IMG/VR virus record: IMGVR_UViG_3300012286_000299 | Span: 45,277-109,276 of that record | Source: a virus | Taxonomy: Duplodnaviria; Heunggongvirae; Uroviricota; Caudoviricetes | DNA: 64,000 bases | Reading direction: 5' to 3' (one strand) | In this document: piece by piece, positions 62,212 through 64,000 of the stretch | Layout: each line of letters begins with the position of its first letter | Numbering within the stretch: position 1 is the first letter of the stretch | Program-made: the position numbers and the translations under genes | Notes under the pieces: model-generated | Told to the model about the DNA's origin: nothing | Seen by the model: the letters and a program-made list of their open reading frames with translations, nothing else | Databases searched by the model: none

Positions 62212-63849
62212 ATGTTTAAACCGAATGCACTTTATTATGTAGATGCTTACAAAGTAGGACACAAAGCAATGTTAGCACCTGGAACAACCAAATTATATGG
62301 AAATTGGATTCCACGTTCTGTAAAATATGCTCCAAAAGGAGTAAGTAAAATTGTTTCCTTTGGACAACAATTAACATGGAAATGGCTTCATGATACTTTC
62401 CAAGAAAATTTCTTCAACTTACCAAAAGAAGAAGCAATGCAGTTTGGAAAAGATATGTCAATGATGTTGATGATTCCTTATGATGATACTCACTTTGGAG
62501 CCTTATATGATTTAGGTTACTTACCAATGAGAGTAAAATCACTACCAGAAGGTATTGAAACTAATCCGAACATTGTTCATATGTCGTTTATCAACACAGT
62601 TGACGGGTTTGCTTGGTTAGTTCTTTACTTAGAAACTATTGTAAGTAGTTTAGCTTGGAAACCAGCAACAGCTGCTACAATTGCTCTTCAGTACAGAAGA
62701 AACTTAACAGAATGGGTAATGAAAACTGACCCTGCAAATGCTTGGTTAATTCCTTACTTAGCACATGACTTTAGTGCTAGAGGATTAAATCCTCACGATA
62801 TGGTAGCTGTTGGATTAGGTCATGCAACTTCATTTAGAGGTTCAGATACAATTATTACAATTCCAGCTGCTAGATATTACTACGGAGAACCAATGAACGA
62901 AGTGGTAATCAATTCAGTAAATGCTTCTGAGCATAGTGTTACTTGTACAGGTATCTTCTACTATGAAGGTAAATTAAGAGCAGGATTAGCAAAAGATGCA
63001 ATTGAAGAATACTATTCATTCGATGCACCTTGTGAAGGTTCAGTAGAAGATCCAGACTACAAAGCTATTGCTGAATGGATGAACTTAAGAGATTGGTTGA
63101 AAAGATTCCCAGTAGGAATTTTATCAGTTGTTTCTGATACATTTGACTTATGGAAATTGATAACTTATATCTTACCAAGATTGAAAGAGCAGATTATGGC
63201 TCGTGAAGGTAAGTTAGTTGTTAGACCTGACTCAGGAGATCCAGTTGACATTATCTGTGGTTTGAATACTAAACCGGGAGCTGTATTTACTCAAGAATTA
63301 AAAACTCCTGAAAACAACCCAGAATACTTTGGAGTTACTGAATTACTTGCTGGTATTTTTGGATACACAACAAATGAACAGGGGTACATGGTATTAGATC
63401 CACATATAGGTTCTATCTACGGTGATTCAATTACCTTAGAACGTCAAATTCAAATCTACGAAAGATTGGCAGTAAAAGGATTTGCTTCAACAAATATCGT
63501 ACTAGGTGTAGGATCATTTACATACCAATTCAATACTCGTGATACAATGGGTTATGCAGCAAAAGGAGCTTGGTTTGAAATCGAAGAAAAGATCACAGGT
63601 CGTGACTTTGAAGATACCTACAGAGAAGGTTTTGATATCTACAAAGATCCAATTACAGATGACGGAACTAAAAAGTCATTAAAAGGTAGATGTGCCGTTC
63701 ATCAAGATGAAAACGGAGAGTATTACGTTAAAGTACAATGTACTGAACAAGAAGAAAACGAAGGGTTACTTCAAGTAATCTACGAAGATGGTAAGTTTTA
63801 CAATCAAATTACTTTAACTGAAGTTAGAGCAAATTTAGAAAAACTTTAA
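62212..63849 (+). CDS. nadV: Nicotinamide phosphoribosyltransferase-like (Nampt/Namat-like)
   Basis: DAYKVGH, HDFSARG, NASEHSV, SVVSDTFD, VRPDSGDP, IYGDSIT, GVGSFTYQ..TRDT, KKSLKG. Confidence 0.9.
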   Translation: MFKPNALYYVDAYKVGHKAMLAPGTTKLYGNWIPRSVKYAPKGVSKIVSFGQQLTWKWLHDTFQENFFNLPKEEAMQFGKDMSMMLMIPYDDTHFGALYDLGYLPMRVKSLPEGIETNPNIVHMSFINTVDGFAWLVLYLETIVSSLAWKPATAATIALQYRRNLTEWVMKTDPANAWLIPYLAHDFSARGLNPHDMVAVGLGHATSFRGSDTIITIPAARYYYGEPMNEVVINSVNASEHSVTCTGIFYYEGKLRAGLAKDAIEEYYSFDAPCEGSVEDPDYKAIAEWMNLRDWLKRFPVGILSVVSDTFDLWKLITYILPRLKEQIMAREGKLVVRPDSGDPVDIICGLNTKPGAVFTQELKTPENNPEYFGVTELLAGIFGYTTNEQGYMVLDPHIGSIYGDSITLERQIQIYERLAVKGFASTNIVLGVGSFTYQFNTRDTMGYAAKGAWFEIEEKITGRDFEDTYREGFDIYKDPITDDGTKKSLKGRCAVHQDENGEYYVKVQCTEQEENEGLLQVIYEDGKFYNQITLTEVRANLEKL

Positions 63850-63865
63850 AAAATTTGAAAGAGAG

Positions 63866-63897
63866 CTTGGGTAACTAAGCTCTTTTTCGTATATTTA
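63866..63897 (+). promoter_or_regulatory. Fused terminator-promoter cassette
   Basis: AGAGCTT..AAGCTCT-T run-CG-TATATTTA. Confidence 0.72.
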
Positions 63898-63911
63898 ATA
63901 AAAATAAAGTT

Positions 63912-64000
63912 ATGGGTCAATATTGTAAATTAGTGATGGTCACTGAGGCCAACAACAACAAGTTTTATATTATGGAGGAGAAAAATGGTCTTATTCATAT
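63912..64000 (+). CDS. N-terminus of a possible WGR-domain (PARP-like) protein, 3' truncated
   Basis: MGQYCKLVMVTEANNNKFYIME resembles the NNNKFY start of WGR domains; only 29 codons visible. Confidence 0.45.
   Translation, partial: MGQYCKLVMVTEANNNKFYIMEEKNGLIH

Noticed and set aside
1-64000. Stop-codon reassignment
   Set aside because: Conserved genes are intact under the standard code, TAG and TGA terminate genes normally, and no suppressor tRNA was found

Overview
A 64-kb, AT-rich, almost entirely + strand segment of a large lytic T4-like (contractile-tailed) phage genome. Bacteroidota-type promoters (TTTG-N20-TATATTTA) and AT-rich start contexts without Shine-Dalgarno sites point to a Bacteroidota (probably Flavobacteriia-like) host; this is inference. 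Gene order: end of major capsid gene, PhoH, neck, four fibre/adhesin genes, sheath, tube, tail chaperone (probable +1 frameshift), tape measure, baseplate (1-27.9 kb); replication and nucleotide metabolism with a short family A polymerase, gp32-like SSB, RecA, 5'-3' nuclease, helicase and NrdBA (28-38 kb); lysis cassette (38-40.6 kb); TGT-fold protein plus QueC (40.7-42.8 kb); a cluster of about 30 tRNA/tRNA-like genes covering all 20 amino acids, preceded by a leader-peptide/terminator element (43.7-48.5 kb); an array of related structured RNAs, three carrying tRNA modules in three different permutation registers, directly upstream of a Ro60/TROVE gene (47.9-51.3 kb); an RNA-repair neighbourhood (51.7-59.4 kb); and an NAD+/ADP-ribose module (59.4-64 kb). 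The most notable candidate system is the Ro60 gene with its permuted-tRNA RNA array, set between a putative tRNA-sensing attenuator and RNA-repair enzymes. All family assignments come from motif recognition by eye; no database search was run.
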